Assembly (NCBI GenBank): GCA_001661245.1
Contig: KV454013.1
Coordinates: 145,005 to 209,004 of the forward strand
From: Pachysolen tannophilus NRRL Y-2460
Lineage: Eukaryota
Length of the DNA: 64,000 nt
Direction: 5' to 3'
The position numbers were made by a program, and so were the translations under genes. Positions within the stretch are counted from its first letter, which is position 1. Each line of letters begins with the position of its first letter. Under the pieces are notes generated by a model. The model was given only the letters and a program-made list of their open reading frames with translations, had not been told where the DNA came from and ran no database searches. Of this stretch, positions 45,283 to 56,624 are shown in pieces.

Positions 45283-47955
45283 TTAATCCATAAACTCTAA
45301 AAGTAAATCACCATAAAAGTTGCCTCTAAATTTTGCAAAAATCAAATCAAATTCTTTTTTAATTAAATGATTTAAATCATCATTTTTTCTACTATTTTTA
45401 AAAAAAATAGATAATTCTAATAAAATTTCAAACGAATTTTTCAGTTCCCTATTATTACCATAATTAATTGTTTTTTCAATATATGGCATAATCAATACCA
45501 ATTGATTGATTTGATTATTATCTTTAAGAAAAGTATTTAAATTTCTCAATAATAATAATAAAAAATTGGTATTAATAAATTCTTTACTAAAATTTTGTAA
45601 AATTTTAAATAATTGATCAATGAAAAATTGAAAATTATAATAATAATTAATATTACCTGGACCTTTAAGAAGTAATTCAGAATCAGGTATTAAAAAATCT
45701 TCATTTTTTAAACAAGTAAATCCATATAAAGAATGAAAATTTCTATATTTTTTCAATTTTTGGAAAAAATTAATTTCTAACTCTCTATTATATTGTATTT
45801 GTAAATCTTTATCCTTATAACTATCAAAATTTTCAAAAATTGTATAACCATATGGTAATACTAATTTATATTTTTCAATAAATTTTAAAATTTCTTCATT
45901 TAATTTGTTCAATAATAAATTTATATCTTCATTTGTTTTATTTTGATGATTTAAACCAATGAATAATTTTGAATATATAAAAGTTTTATAAGAAATAACT
46001 TTATCTAAATCTTCAAAATTTTTAAAATTAAGTAATATTTCAAAATATAAGAAAATTATTTTTTTCTTTAAATGTAAAAAAATTTTTAAATCATCATGAT
46101 TACCATTTGTTAATTCTTCTAAATCTTTTTTAAAAATTAAATCAAACCTATCAAATTGCTTATTTTCATCATCATCTTGATTTTTAATCTTGAAACTTTT
46201 TGTAAAATCATATTTAAAACCATAATCACTAGGACCTCTACTATGACCATTACTCATAGTATTATTAATATGATTATTATTATTATTATTATTATCCAAA
46301 TCTTTAAGTTTCTCTGTTCTTATAGTCATATTATCATTAAATGAAATATCATCATAATCATTATCAAAATTAGAATAATTTAAGCTACCTTCTTGACCAT
46401 TACTATTTAAAGAATTTATACTTAATATTGATATTTTACTATTCCTTCTTTTAACTTTTTTAAATGAAACTGATGAAGAATTTTGTTGTTGATTACTAGA
46501 AGTTGAATTCCCATTTGAACTATATTTTGAAACAGTACTATCAATTCTATTAATAATACCATTAATTTTTAATTTTGATTTAAAACTAGAACTTAAAATA
46601 TCAAAAGTTTTATTATTATGTGGATTATTTGTTGATCTTGTTAATAAATCTCTATCTATTGGTGTACTTGTATTATTAACCCATAATTGATTTGTATCTA
46701 AATCAAAAAGTAAATCCCATAATTTCAGATTATCATCAACAGGACCTGAACTATTACCAATTTCTTTAAAAATTGGATTTGTTGTACCTAATATATAATG
46801 ATCTAATTTTAATAATAAATCAAGTTTACTTATATCAAAATATGGGAAACAATTATAACTTAATAAATAACTTGATGAATTTAAATTTTGTGATTCTTGT
46901 TCACCTTTTTCTTTTCCTCCATGATATATTATCATTAATGATAAAATGAATTCCATTATATTTATAATTGGTTTATGATATGAAAGAATAACTAATTTTT
47001 TCCTTGAAATAAGGGATAATATTAATATTAATAATACTGGTGTCTTTTCTACACCACTTGGAAAAATTTCATCTAAATTTTTAATATTATAATATTTAAT
47101 ATATTCTGAATAAAAAAAAATTGAAGTTGTTGAAGTAAATTTTAATAAATTTTTTAAAATATTATCTTGATTTAAATTATAACCAAAATGTTGAAAATTT
47201 GAAGAAATTAATGAATAAATTGATAATCTTATTGGAATTTTTAACATTGAACCATTTATATTTAAATTTATAAAAATTTCTAATGATTTATTTATAATAT
47301 TAAATTTAAAATTTTTTTTAATTAAATTAAAAGTATTTGAAGATAAATTTAATAATTTTTTTGTAATTATTTCATCAATAAATAATTTTTCAAAAAATTG
47401 ATAATTATAATCATCATCTTCTTCTTTTAATTTTAAACTTTCTAATAATAATATCCTTTGATTATCTGTTAAATCAATTGAATTTTGTAAAAAAAATAAA
47501 GGATATTTATTAATTTCATTATAAAAATTAATTAATAATTGAAAATCATCATTTTGGAAAAATTCTTCTAATAATAAAATTAAAATTGGTTTTAATATTA
47601 AAAATGGTTTTAAATTTGTTATAATTGAAAGGGACTTTATTGAATAATTTCTCTTTATTTTTTCATCATATTTATAATTTACAACAGTAAATAAAATATA
47701 TTGAGTATCCTTATCATTTTCTTTTAAATATTTAAAATTTTTTTTATTCCCATCTTTATACAAGGGAAATAAAGTAAAATCTTCTTTATCAATAGATTTA
47801 TTATGCAATTGATCAGGAATAACTAATTCTGATAAATATTCTAAATCTTTACTTAAATCAAATTCCATAGGATATTGATTTCTTATTTTTGGACCAACAT
47901 CTATATCAAATTCCGAAGTTAAAATATAATCAATTGTACGATCACACATACTCAT
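45283..47955 (-). CDS. AFI1: Afi1-like Arf3-interacting protein (uDENN/SPA-like)
   Basis: IDYILTSEFDIDVGP..RNQYP, ELVIPDQLH, CFPYFDISKLD and ILGTTNPIF motifs; ATG at 47955 (or 47949). Confidence 0.85.
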   Translation of the reverse strand: MSMCDRTIDYILTSEFDIDVGPKIRNQYPMEFDLSKDLEYLSELVIPDQLHNKSIDKEDFTLFPLYKDGNKKNFKYLKENDKDTQYILFTVVNYKYDEKIKRNYSIKSLSIITNLKPFLILKPILILLLEEFFQNDDFQLLINFYNEINKYPLFFLQNSIDLTDNQRILLLESLKLKEEDDDYNYQFFEKLFIDEIITKKLLNLSSNTFNLIKKNFKFNIINKSLEIFINLNINGSMLKIPIRLSIYSLISSNFQHFGYNLNQDNILKNLLKFTSTTSIFFYSEYIKYYNIKNLDEIFPSGVEKTPVLLILILSLISRKKLVILSYHKPIINIMEFILSLMIIYHGGKEKGEQESQNLNSSSYLLSYNCFPYFDISKLDLLLKLDHYILGTTNPIFKEIGNSSGPVDDNLKLWDLLFDLDTNQLWVNNTSTPIDRDLLTRSTNNPHNNKTFDILSSSFKSKLKINGIINRIDSTVSKYSSNGNSTSSNQQQNSSSVSFKKVKRRNSKISILSINSLNSNGQEGSLNYSNFDNDYDDISFNDNMTIRTEKLKDLDNNNNNNNHINNTMSNGHSRGPSDYGFKYDFTKSFKIKNQDDDENKQFDRFDLIFKKDLEELTNGNHDDLKIFLHLKKKIIFLYFEILLNFKNFEDLDKVISYKTFIYSKLFIGLNHQNKTNEDINLLLNKLNEEILKFIEKYKLVLPYGYTIFENFDSYKDKDLQIQYNRELEINFFQKLKKYRNFHSLYGFTCLKNEDFLIPDSELLLKGPGNINYYYNFQFFIDQLFKILQNFSKEFINTNFLLLLLRNLNTFLKDNNQINQLVLIMPYIEKTINYGNNRELKNSFEILLELSIFFKNSRKNDDLNHLIKKEFDLIFAKFRGNFYGDLLLEFMD

Positions 47956-48829
47956 ACAAATCAATATAAAACTTCTTTTTTAAAAAAGAAAAAACAAAAA
48001 ACCAAACAAAAAAAAAAACAAAAAAACAAACAAGACCAACCCAACCCAACTTAAAGTTGATAAAAACACAATTTGAATTCTTGTTCTTTTTTTTTTTTTT
48101 TTAGTAAATAAATCAATTTATCTTGTACTCTTCAACTTCTTTTTTTTTTATTATTTTATTCTTTTATTTTGAAACAACACCGTTTAAACTTCTTTAATAT
48201 AAAAATCACTAAAGAGAGATTTTCGCTTTTTCGTGTTTGTTTAAAAGGCATGTTTCCCCTTTCGGATAATTAATTGATTATAATTAGATGAGTGATGAAA
48301 AATTTCAAAACAACCCATAAATAAATGAATTAAATATTATTAAAAATAAATATTAAATTTATAAAAAAATTACAATAGATTTTCAAAAACTACAATACAA
48401 TCAATTATTAAATGAAATGTCATTTTTACTAATAAAATGTTTATATCTTATAAAAAACTCTTGTTGTTATATAATAAACTGTTCCTGATATTTCTACTAT
48501 GTTTGTTTTCCTTTAGTTTTCCTTTAGTTTTCCTTTAGTTTAATGGGTTTCTGCGGGTAACTGGCCCGGCTTTTAATAATTAAAAATTTTTTTTAAAAAC
48601 AGTAAAAAGGCTTGATTCGCCATCTTTTTAATTAATTATATAAATTATAATTAAATATATAATAAATAATAATTAAAATTTTAATTTCGAATTATTATTA
48701 TCAGTTAATCAATCAATCAATTAGTTATTGTATTGATATTTGCTATAATTTGCTGTTTAGAATAGAATAATTTTTTTTTGTGAAAAAAAAATTAAAAAAA
48801 CAAAAAATAATAATTAAATTAATTTAAAA

Positions 48830-50034
48830 ATGTCTGCTCAATTAGATAGATCATTAGATGAGATTATCTCATCTTCAAAACAATCCAAACCAAAGAGATT
48901 TAACAAGTCAAAGGTTGGTAAAAGTTTGAACACAAAAAGGAGTGTTGTTAAGATAAACAATAAACCAACTCCAAAACTGCCTAGACAAAATGTTATTGAT
49001 GCTTCCTATGCAACAAAAGTTGTTGTATACGGGTTGCCAAAGGATATTAAACAGGACGCGATTAAGGTATGTCAGTCATTTATATGAGTACTTTACAAAC
49101 ACATATATATATATCTAAAAAGTTTTTTTTGAAAAAAAAAAAAAAAAAAAAAAGGAAANNNNNNNNNNNNNNNNNNNNNNNNNNNNNNNNNNNNNNNNNN
49201 NNNNNNNNNNNNNNNNNNNNNNNNNNNNNNNNNNNNNNNNNNNNNNNNNNNNNNNNNNNNNNNNNNNNNNNNNNNNNNNNNNNNNNNNNNNNNNNNNNNN
49301 NNNNNNNNNNNNNNNNNNNNNNNNNNNNNNNNNNNNNNNNNNNNNNNNNNNNNNNNNNNNNNNNNNNNNNNNNNNNNNNNNNNNNNNNNNNNNNNNNNNN
49401 NNNNNNNNNNNNNNNNNNNNNNNNNNNNNNNNNNNNNNNNNNNNNNNNNNNNNNNNNNNNNNNNNNNNNNNNNNNNNNNNNNNNNNNNNNNNNNNNNNNN
49501 NNNNNNNNNNNNNNNNNNNNNNNNNNNNNNNNNNNNNNNNNNNNNNNNNNNNNNNNNNNNNNNNNNNNNNNNNNNNNNNNNNNNNNNNNNNNNNNNNNNN
49601 NNNNNNNNNNNNNNNNNNNNNNNNNNNNNNNNNNNNNNNNNNNNNNNNNNNNNNNNNNNNNNNNNNNNNNNNNNNNNNNNNNNNNNNNNNNNNNNNNNNN
49701 NNNNNNNNNNNNNNNNNNNNNNNNNNNNNNNNNNNNNNNNNNNNNNNNNNNNNNNNNNNNNNNNNNNNNNNNNNNNNNNNNNNNNNNNNNNNNNNNNNNN
49801 NNNNNNNNNNNNNNNNNNNNNNNNNNNNNNNNNNNNNNNNNNNNNNNNNNNNNNNNNNNNNNNNNNNNNNNNNNNNNNNNNNNNNNNNNNNNNNNNNNNN
49901 NNNNNNNNNNNNNNNNNACTACTAAAAAAGTTGTTCCAAAGAAGAAGCCTGTTAAAAAAGTAAACAGCAAGAGACAAAAGAAAACAGTTGAAGATTTAGA
50001 TAAGGAGATGACCGATTACTTTGAATCCAAATAG
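48830..50034 (+). CDS. YRA1: Yra1 mRNA export adaptor; exon 1 48830..49066, intron from 49067, rest of intron and most of exon 2 in the gap, last codons 49918..50034
   Basis: MSAQLDRSLDEII N-box; GLPKDIKQDAIK followed by GTATGT at the conserved intron position; KTVEDLDKEMTDYF C-box after the gap. Confidence 0.93.
49159..49917. other. Assembly gap within YRA1
   Basis: Run of N next to a poly-A tract. Confidence 1.
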
Positions 50035-50369
50035 TTTAAAAGTACATTAGCTTTCAAAGTTTAATCACTCTTTATTTTATCTAATTTTACTTCTTTTTAT
50101 ATTATTGTTATTATTATTACGCAAATGCGATTTTTAAAAATAAAAAAAAAAAAAAAAAATTAAAAATTAACGGTACCACTATTTTATATAGTTGTATTTT
50201 TTTTTTTTTATTGTTCAAATTGAATTGAATTAAATACATAATAATATGATTGTTTTGTTCAAGTTTTAATCAAGCAACTGAATATATACAAGGTAAAATA
50301 AAAATAAAAATAAAAATAAAAATAAAAAATAAAAAAAATCTACAAAAAAATCTTTTAATGAATCTGACA

Positions 50370-50810
50370 TTACCACCATTTACCCCAAAATCCACTGCTA
50401 ATCTTATCGCCTGATCTCCTTGAAATATAACTATTTCCTGAACCTTCGTACTGCGATTTTCTCATATATTCAGAATTTTCAGAAGTTGGAAAACCTGGCC
50501 GAATTTTGGAAATATCTTGACGTTCTTGGTTTTTATTACTAGAACCATCTGAATAATAACTTGAACTTTCTAACTCATCAGGTCTGAACTGTTGTTGTCT
50601 CCTGAGATGTATTTTACTCTTGACAAAATAAGCAGTGAAAAGTGCTATTGAGGTTAAAAAAGCAGCTTGTCTCCTACAAAGAACAATAAAAAAAAAATAA
50701 ATAAAAAAATTAAAGAGTTAGTTAATTTTTTGTTAAACTATATTGCTTTTCAACTCTAACTCAAAAATCACTTACCAAAAGGACTTGCTGGTGGGAATTT
50801 GAGCACTCAT
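50370..50810 (-). CDS. Small spliced protein, 112 aa, single N-terminal hydrophobic segment; complement(join(50370..50673,50776..50810)); not in the ORF track
   Basis: ATG at 50810, GTAAGT donor at 50775, AACTAAC branch at 50717-50723, polypyrimidine tract, TAG acceptor at 50674; exon 2 is open to TAA at 50370. Confidence 0.85.
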
Positions 50811-51019
50811 TATTCTTGATAAGTAATTACTTTTAACAATTTGTTGGTGATAATAATTTTTTATTTCTTTTTCTTTTTTTTTATGTATCTTTTTTTATTT
50901 TTTTTCTTTAACTTTTTCTTTAACTAATTTTGAACAATAACGAACAGGTTTCAATTTATTTAAAGAAAAGTGTTTTCACAAATTATTAAAGGATTATAGG
51001 CCCATTGGAATCTATCTTA

Positions 51020-52048
51020 ATGTCGGATCAACAAGAAGTAGATGGAGTTGTCCATGCAATTTCTGGAGCTACAGGTGGAGCTCTTTCGATGTTATTGACG
51101 TACCCTTTGGTGACACTTTCTACGCGTGCTCAAACAAGATATGTGACGCCAAAAGAACATGTTAAAGATCAGGACTTGAACAAAGATGATACTGGTGATT
51201 TATCTGAGAATCAAGAAAAGTATGGTTTGGTTTTATGGTTAGAATCTGTGAAATCTTATTTAAAGAAACAGGGTTTAACTGGTTTATACTCTGGTTTAGA
51301 ATCAGCACTTATTGGGATTACAATCAATAATTTTGTATATTATTATTTCTATGAATACTTGACTAGATTTTATCTATTAAAAAACAAAAAAAATGGCGAT
51401 AGAAAATATTTAACTGTTTTACAATCAATGGTATCTGGTGCAATTGCAGGTTCATTAACTGTAATTTCTACAAACCCAATATGGGTTGCCAATACTAGAA
51501 TGTCTGTGACAAGAAAGACACAAAATTTTAATACTTTAAATACCATAATTAAGATAATTAAGAAAGATGGTATCAAATCCTTATTTAATGGTGTCTTGCC
51601 AGCGCTTATTTTGGTACTGAATCCAATCATACAATATACTATTTTTGAACAATGTAAAAATATATTGTTAAAGGCAAGAAGTAGTAATAAATTAAGACCA
51701 ATTGATGCTTTTTTCCTTGGTGCTCTTGGAAAATTATGTGCTACTTCTATAACATATCCTTATATTACATTAAAGGCAAGAATGCATCTTCTTGGTCATG
51801 ATGAAAGTGATGATCTCAATGAAGAAAATATTAAAATTAAAAATAATCAAAGAAAATCAATGTTTGAATTAATTAAATCTATTTTTATGAATGAAGGATT
51901 TAAAGGTTTTTATGGAGGTATTAGTGTGAAATTAACACAATCAATCTTAACAGCTGCTTTTTTATTTTTATTTAAAGAAGAATTAGTTAATTTAAGTATT
52001 AAATTGGTTAAAGCTAGTAAATCATTTAAAAAAATTAACAAAAAATAA
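51020..52048 (+). CDS. PMP47: Peroxisomal carrier-family protein, Pmp47-like (SLC25A17 group)
   Basis: HAISGATGG..TYPL.TLSTR, GLYSGLESALIGITINNFVYYYFYE, TNPIWVANTR and NPIIQYTIFEQ motifs; ATG at 51020. Confidence 0.85.
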   Translation: MSDQQEVDGVVHAISGATGGALSMLLTYPLVTLSTRAQTRYVTPKEHVKDQDLNKDDTGDLSENQEKYGLVLWLESVKSYLKKQGLTGLYSGLESALIGITINNFVYYYFYEYLTRFYLLKNKKNGDRKYLTVLQSMVSGAIAGSLTVISTNPIWVANTRMSVTRKTQNFNTLNTIIKIIKKDGIKSLFNGVLPALILVLNPIIQYTIFEQCKNILLKARSSNKLRPIDAFFLGALGKLCATSITYPYITLKARMHLLGHDESDDLNEENIKIKNNQRKSMFELIKSIFMNEGFKGFYGGISVKLTQSILTAAFLFLFKEELVNLSIKLVKASKSFKKINKK

Positions 52049-52075
52049 ATTTAATTAAATTGAATAATAATAATT

Positions 52076-53074
52076 TTACTTAAAATTTTTTTTCAAAGTT
52101 TCATATATATAAAATACAATAGCATTTGAAGGAATTGCTCTTAATAAAGTTATACCTAATCCACTATAAAAACTTCTCACTCCATTTTTTGAATAAATTT
52201 TTTTTATAACTCCTGTATAATCAACTTTATCTCCATGTACAAAATTTTGCTGAGTTTGTACAGTTGATTTCACAGTATCTACTGGGAAAAATGAAGCATT
52301 ATAAGCTACACCTGCAATAGCTCCTGATACTAATAGTTCCAAGCTTGAATTTTCAGATCTATTATTTAATTTTTGGAAAGTCATTAGTGAATACTCATAT
52401 GATCCAAACCAAAAAGCAGTTGCACCACATTCTCTAATTAAAGTTGATGTTTGACCTTTCCAAAATCCTAATAGACCTTGCTCTTTATATATATGTTTAA
52501 TCAATTTGAGAATTGACATTGTTGAATTTGTATTAATTGCATTTTTTTGAAGTAAATGATTAACTTGCATTTGACATTTAACAAGTTCAATTGGTGTTAA
52601 TATGAAACTTGTTATAATACCACTTATCCCTCCTGCTATAACCTTATCATAAAACAGTAATGGCTTATTTAAATCACCACGAATGTTTTTATGGATGAAA
52701 ACTTGAGCCAGATCATATGAAAAAAATAAACAAGCATACTCAAGAGAAGTACCAAACATTGGAGAAGATAAACCTTTATAAAACCCATTTAAAAAACCTT
52801 CATTCTTATACGTCTCTTTGATACAATGCCATGATGATTTAAATAATGGCCTAGCTAAATTTTGTGAATATTGTAACCTAACTTTTACAGTATCAAATGG
52901 ATACTCTACAATTTTCCCCAATGCTCCAGAAATTGATCCAAACAGTATTTCCTTATAACTATTCTTGAACAGATGATCAACTCCAATTTTTTCTCCATTT
53001 TTTTCACTCCCCATCACCCCACTCTGCTGCTCTCGCACTTGGTGCCCTATTATAGCAACATCTTGCTCAGACAT
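52076..53074 (-). CDS. ORT1: Mitochondrial ornithine carrier
   Basis: GKIVEYPFDTVKVRLQ, LTPIELVKCQMQV, GQTSTLIRE and LRAIPSNA motifs. Confidence 0.88.
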   Translation of the reverse strand: MSEQDVAIIGHQVREQQSGVMGSEKNGEKIGVDHLFKNSYKEILFGSISGALGKIVEYPFDTVKVRLQYSQNLARPLFKSSWHCIKETYKNEGFLNGFYKGLSSPMFGTSLEYACLFFSYDLAQVFIHKNIRGDLNKPLLFYDKVIAGGISGIITSFILTPIELVKCQMQVNHLLQKNAINTNSTMSILKLIKHIYKEQGLLGFWKGQTSTLIRECGATAFWFGSYEYSLMTFQKLNNRSENSSLELLVSGAIAGVAYNASFFPVDTVKSTVQTQQNFVHGDKVDYTGVIKKIYSKNGVRSFYSGLGITLLRAIPSNAIVFYIYETLKKNFK

Positions 53075-53425
53075 TACTCTCCAGTAATGTCAATGATCAA
53101 CCTTTAATGACTGGTAAATACTAGATATATAGAAATAAACGGTATTAATTATTCAGCGCGCTTAAGTATGCAAATGTGAAACAAAATTACCTAATTGGGA
53201 ACATGGTCGTTTGAACGATATCAAAACCGAAAAAAGAGAAAAAAAACAAAAATTTTTTTAAGAATCTCGTATCTGCCAAAAACAGAGAAAATGAAAAAAA
53301 AAAAAAAAAAACAAATAGGTTATCAACTTAATGACACGGGTACTAAGTTTACCCTACCTCAGTATCTGAGTTACTCAGTCTCACTAGGTAAAACCAAGCA
53401 CTGCCATGAAAAATTCACAAAAAAA

Positions 53426-53876
53426 NNNNNNNNNNNNNNNNNNNNNNNNNNNNNNNNNNNNNNNNNNNNNNNNNNNNNNNNNNNNNNNNNNNNNNNNNNN
53501 NNNNNNNNNNNNNNNNNNNNNNNNNNNNNNNNNNNNNNNNNNNNNNNNNNNNNNNNNNNNNNNNNNNNNNNNNNNNNNNNNNNNNNNNNNNNNNNNNNNN
53601 NNNNNNNNNNNNNNNNNNNNNNNNNNNNNNNNNNNNNNNNNNNNNNNNNNNNNNNNNNNNNNNNNNNNNNNNNNNNNNNNNNNNNNNNNNNNNNNNNNNN
53701 NNNNNNNNNNNNNNNNNNNNNNNNNNNNNNNNNNNNNNNNNNNNNNNNNNNNNNNNNNNNNNNNNNNNNNNNNNNNNNNNNNNNNNNNNNNNNNNNNNNN
53801 NNNNNNNNNNNNNNNNNNNNNNNNNNNNNNNNNNNNNNNNNNNNNNNNNNNNNNNNNNNNNNNNNNNNNNNNNNNN
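53426..53876. other. Assembly gap
   Basis: Run of N. Confidence 1.
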
Positions 53877-54161
53877 AAAAAAAATTTTTTTTTTTTTTTT
53901 TTTTGTTTTGAAAAATTTTTTGTAATTTCGCTGCACTTCTGTTTTCGCAGTAGTAGTAATGTTGACTGGTGAACGTTGAGTGAGTGGTTTATTGTAATAG
54001 TAATAGTATTTTCTCTTCTTTTTCAGTAATTATTTTTTTTTACATATATATATTTTTTTTTTATCATTTTTAAATTAAAGGAATAGTCTGTCATATTTTG
54101 GCTTAAAAGTGATTATCCCATAAGTTTAACTAGTTAGTAAAAGAAGAAGAAAGAAAAAAAA

Positions 54162-54494
54162 ATGAAATACTTAGCTGCTTACTTATTATTATCCAGTAAC
54201 GGTGTTGAGCCAACTGCTGAAAAAATTTCATCTTTATTATCAAGTGTTGGTATTGATGTTGATTCCGAAAGAGTTTCCAAATTATTAGCTGATTTAGCTG
54301 GTAAATCGGTTTCAGAATTAATTGCAGAAGGTAACACCAAATTGGCTTCTGTTCCAACTGGTGGTGCTGCTGTTGCTTCCAAGAGTGGTGCTGCTGCCGG
54401 TGGTGCTTCTGAAGAAGCTGCTCTGGAAGAAGAAAAAGAAGAGCTGGCTAAAGAGGAATCAGATGATGATATGGGTTTTGGTTTATTTGATTAG
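54162..54494 (+). CDS. RPP2: 60S acidic ribosomal protein P2
   Basis: [11 protein letters not shown]-terminus and [14 protein letters not shown]-terminus. Confidence 0.98.
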   Translation: MKYLAAYLLLSSNGVEPTAEKISSLLSSVGIDVDSERVSKLLADLAGKSVSELIAEGNTKLASVPTGGAAVASKSGAAAGGASEEAALEEEKEELAKEESDDDMGFGLFD

Positions 54495-54955
54495 ATTCAA
54501 AGAAACATTTTTAACTCGTCATATTGAAATTCGTATCGTTATGGTGCAGTAAAGGTTTGAAAAATGCAACTCTTTTTTTGTAATTTTTTTTGTCATTTCC
54601 AAAAAAAAATTTTTGGGTTTTTTTAACTTAACTTAAAAAGGAATTGTATAATAATAAAATCATTCTTTCCAAAACGAAAACATAAGACTAGTTATGAAAC
54701 TGGTGAGTAAACCACTGATCTTCTACACTTTTAAACTCTCTTTGATACTACTATTACTATTACTATTACAAAAAGTTGTGCGTGCAACTTGTATCAAATA
54801 TTTGCTTATATGTACTTAAGAAACGACTTAATTCTTGTCACGTAAAAGAAGAAGAAGATTTTAAATGTAAAAAGGTAAATAAATAATAATAAACAAGATC
54901 AAGAAATATATTTATCTATTTATTTATCATATATATGTGGAAGAAAGATTAAGCC

Positions 54956-55675
54956 ATGTCTGAAAAGTCATATATTGAAGTGAAGAATTTTGTGGAATTG
55001 CAAATAAGGAAACTTTTAAAACCTTTGATTTTAGATAATTCATTATCAATAGCGTTAGAACAACGAAATTCAAAATCTTTAACTACAAAAGAAACAAAGA
55101 AATTATTAATAAAATTGAATCAAACTAGAATAAAATTTTTAAAGAAATTTTTCACTAAACAAGCCATACATCTGATAACACTGCAATATATTAATAATGA
55201 AACTCAACTTCGTTTGAAAAGTTTAGAGAATTTATTAAATTTACATCAAATTTTAATACCATTTAAAATTAATGATCTAAATAATAATATTGATGGGAAT
55301 TGTAATAAAAATATACATGAATTTTGGTTAGATAAGGATAGTAATGAAAGAAAATTTGAAATATTAACATTAGTTGATGAGTTACCAGAATCTTCACATT
55401 TATTATCAAATATTAGTGATGAAAATAAAGATAATAGTCAAGAAATTTTACAAAAATATGAATATTTAAGAAATAAAATTTTAAATAATAAGAAAAAACT
55501 TATAAATATTCATTTACAATTACAGAAAAGAAAATATTTGGAAAATTTATTATTAAAATATTTTCAAAATTTAAAAGATTTACAAAAAAATCTTGTTATA
55601 AGTAGTAACCCAGAAATTATTGATGAGATAAATACTTCTAGGATATTAATAGAAAAAGTCTCTCAAAAGATATAA
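54956..55675 (+). CDS. Kinetochore Fta4/Nkp1-like protein
   Basis: N-terminal KNFVELQIRKLLKPL, LVDELPE and C-terminal LQKNLV...EI...RILIEKV resemble the Fta4/Nkp1 family. Confidence 0.55.
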   Translation: MSEKSYIEVKNFVELQIRKLLKPLILDNSLSIALEQRNSKSLTTKETKKLLIKLNQTRIKFLKKFFTKQAIHLITLQYINNETQLRLKSLENLLNLHQILIPFKINDLNNNIDGNCNKNIHEFWLDKDSNERKFEILTLVDELPESSHLLSNISDENKDNSQEILQKYEYLRNKILNNKKKLINIHLQLQKRKYLENLLLKYFQNLKDLQKNLVISSNPEIIDEINTSRILIEKVSQKI

Positions 55676-56205
55676 TTCATCTTCCACCTGAAAGAAAAAA
55701 AGAATAATTTAAAAATTTTAATCTTGTCAAGTTATTGTATATATTATTTATATTATTTTATTATATTTGTATTGTAGTGGAAATCTTACATACATATATA
55801 CACACTTAAAAACAAAAACATAGAAAAAAAAAAAAAAAATTTCATTTTTTCCAGAAATTCATTTATTTAAAATTGCTATCTTATCCATCATTAATTCATA
55901 TACGTAATTATAGGATCAGTTATTTTATTAATATATCAGAAATTCGAAAATTTTGAAAATAGTTATAACTGGTTTTATGACTTTCCATTAAATATATTCA
56001 AAGATGAGACAGTTTACAAATGGAGCGTTATTACTATGCCCTTTTTTCTTAATCGTTTCTGATTATGTTGCTACAAAGACAGGGAAACATACCACAAAAT
56101 CAACTACAAGATTGATTCATAAGAAATTGAAAAGTACAAATTCACACTAATTTTGGAAACAGATGACACAGGTTTGGTTTATCCTTTCTCGATATAATGA
56201 ACGTT

Positions 56206-56251
<46 letters not shown>

Positions 56252-56252
56252 T

Positions 56253-56624
56253 NNNNNNNNNNNNNNNNNNNNNNNNNNNNNNNNNNNNNNNNNNNNNNNN
56301 NNNNNNNNNNNNNNNNNNNNNNNNNNNNNNNNNNNNNNNNNNNNNNNNNNNNNNNNNNNNNNNNNNNNNNNNNNNNNNNNNNNNNNNNNNNNNNNNNNNN
56401 NNNNNNNNNNNNNNNNNNNNNNNNNNNNNNNNNNNNNNNNNNNNNNNNNNNNNNNNNNNNNNNNNNNNNNNNNNNNNNNNNNNNNNNNNNNNNNNNNNNN
56501 NNNNNNNNNNNNNNNNNNNNNNNNNNNNNNNNNNNNNNNNNNNNNNNNNNNNNNNNNNNNNNNNNNNNNNNNNNNNNNNNNNNNNNNNNNNNNNNNNNNN
56601 NNNNNNNNNNNNNNNNNNNNNNNN
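56253..56624. other. Assembly gap
   Basis: Run of N after a long poly-T tract. Confidence 1.

Noticed and set aside
56004..56150. 48-codon ORF MRQFTNG...
   Set aside because: Short, no recognisable motif or codon bias; cannot be supported
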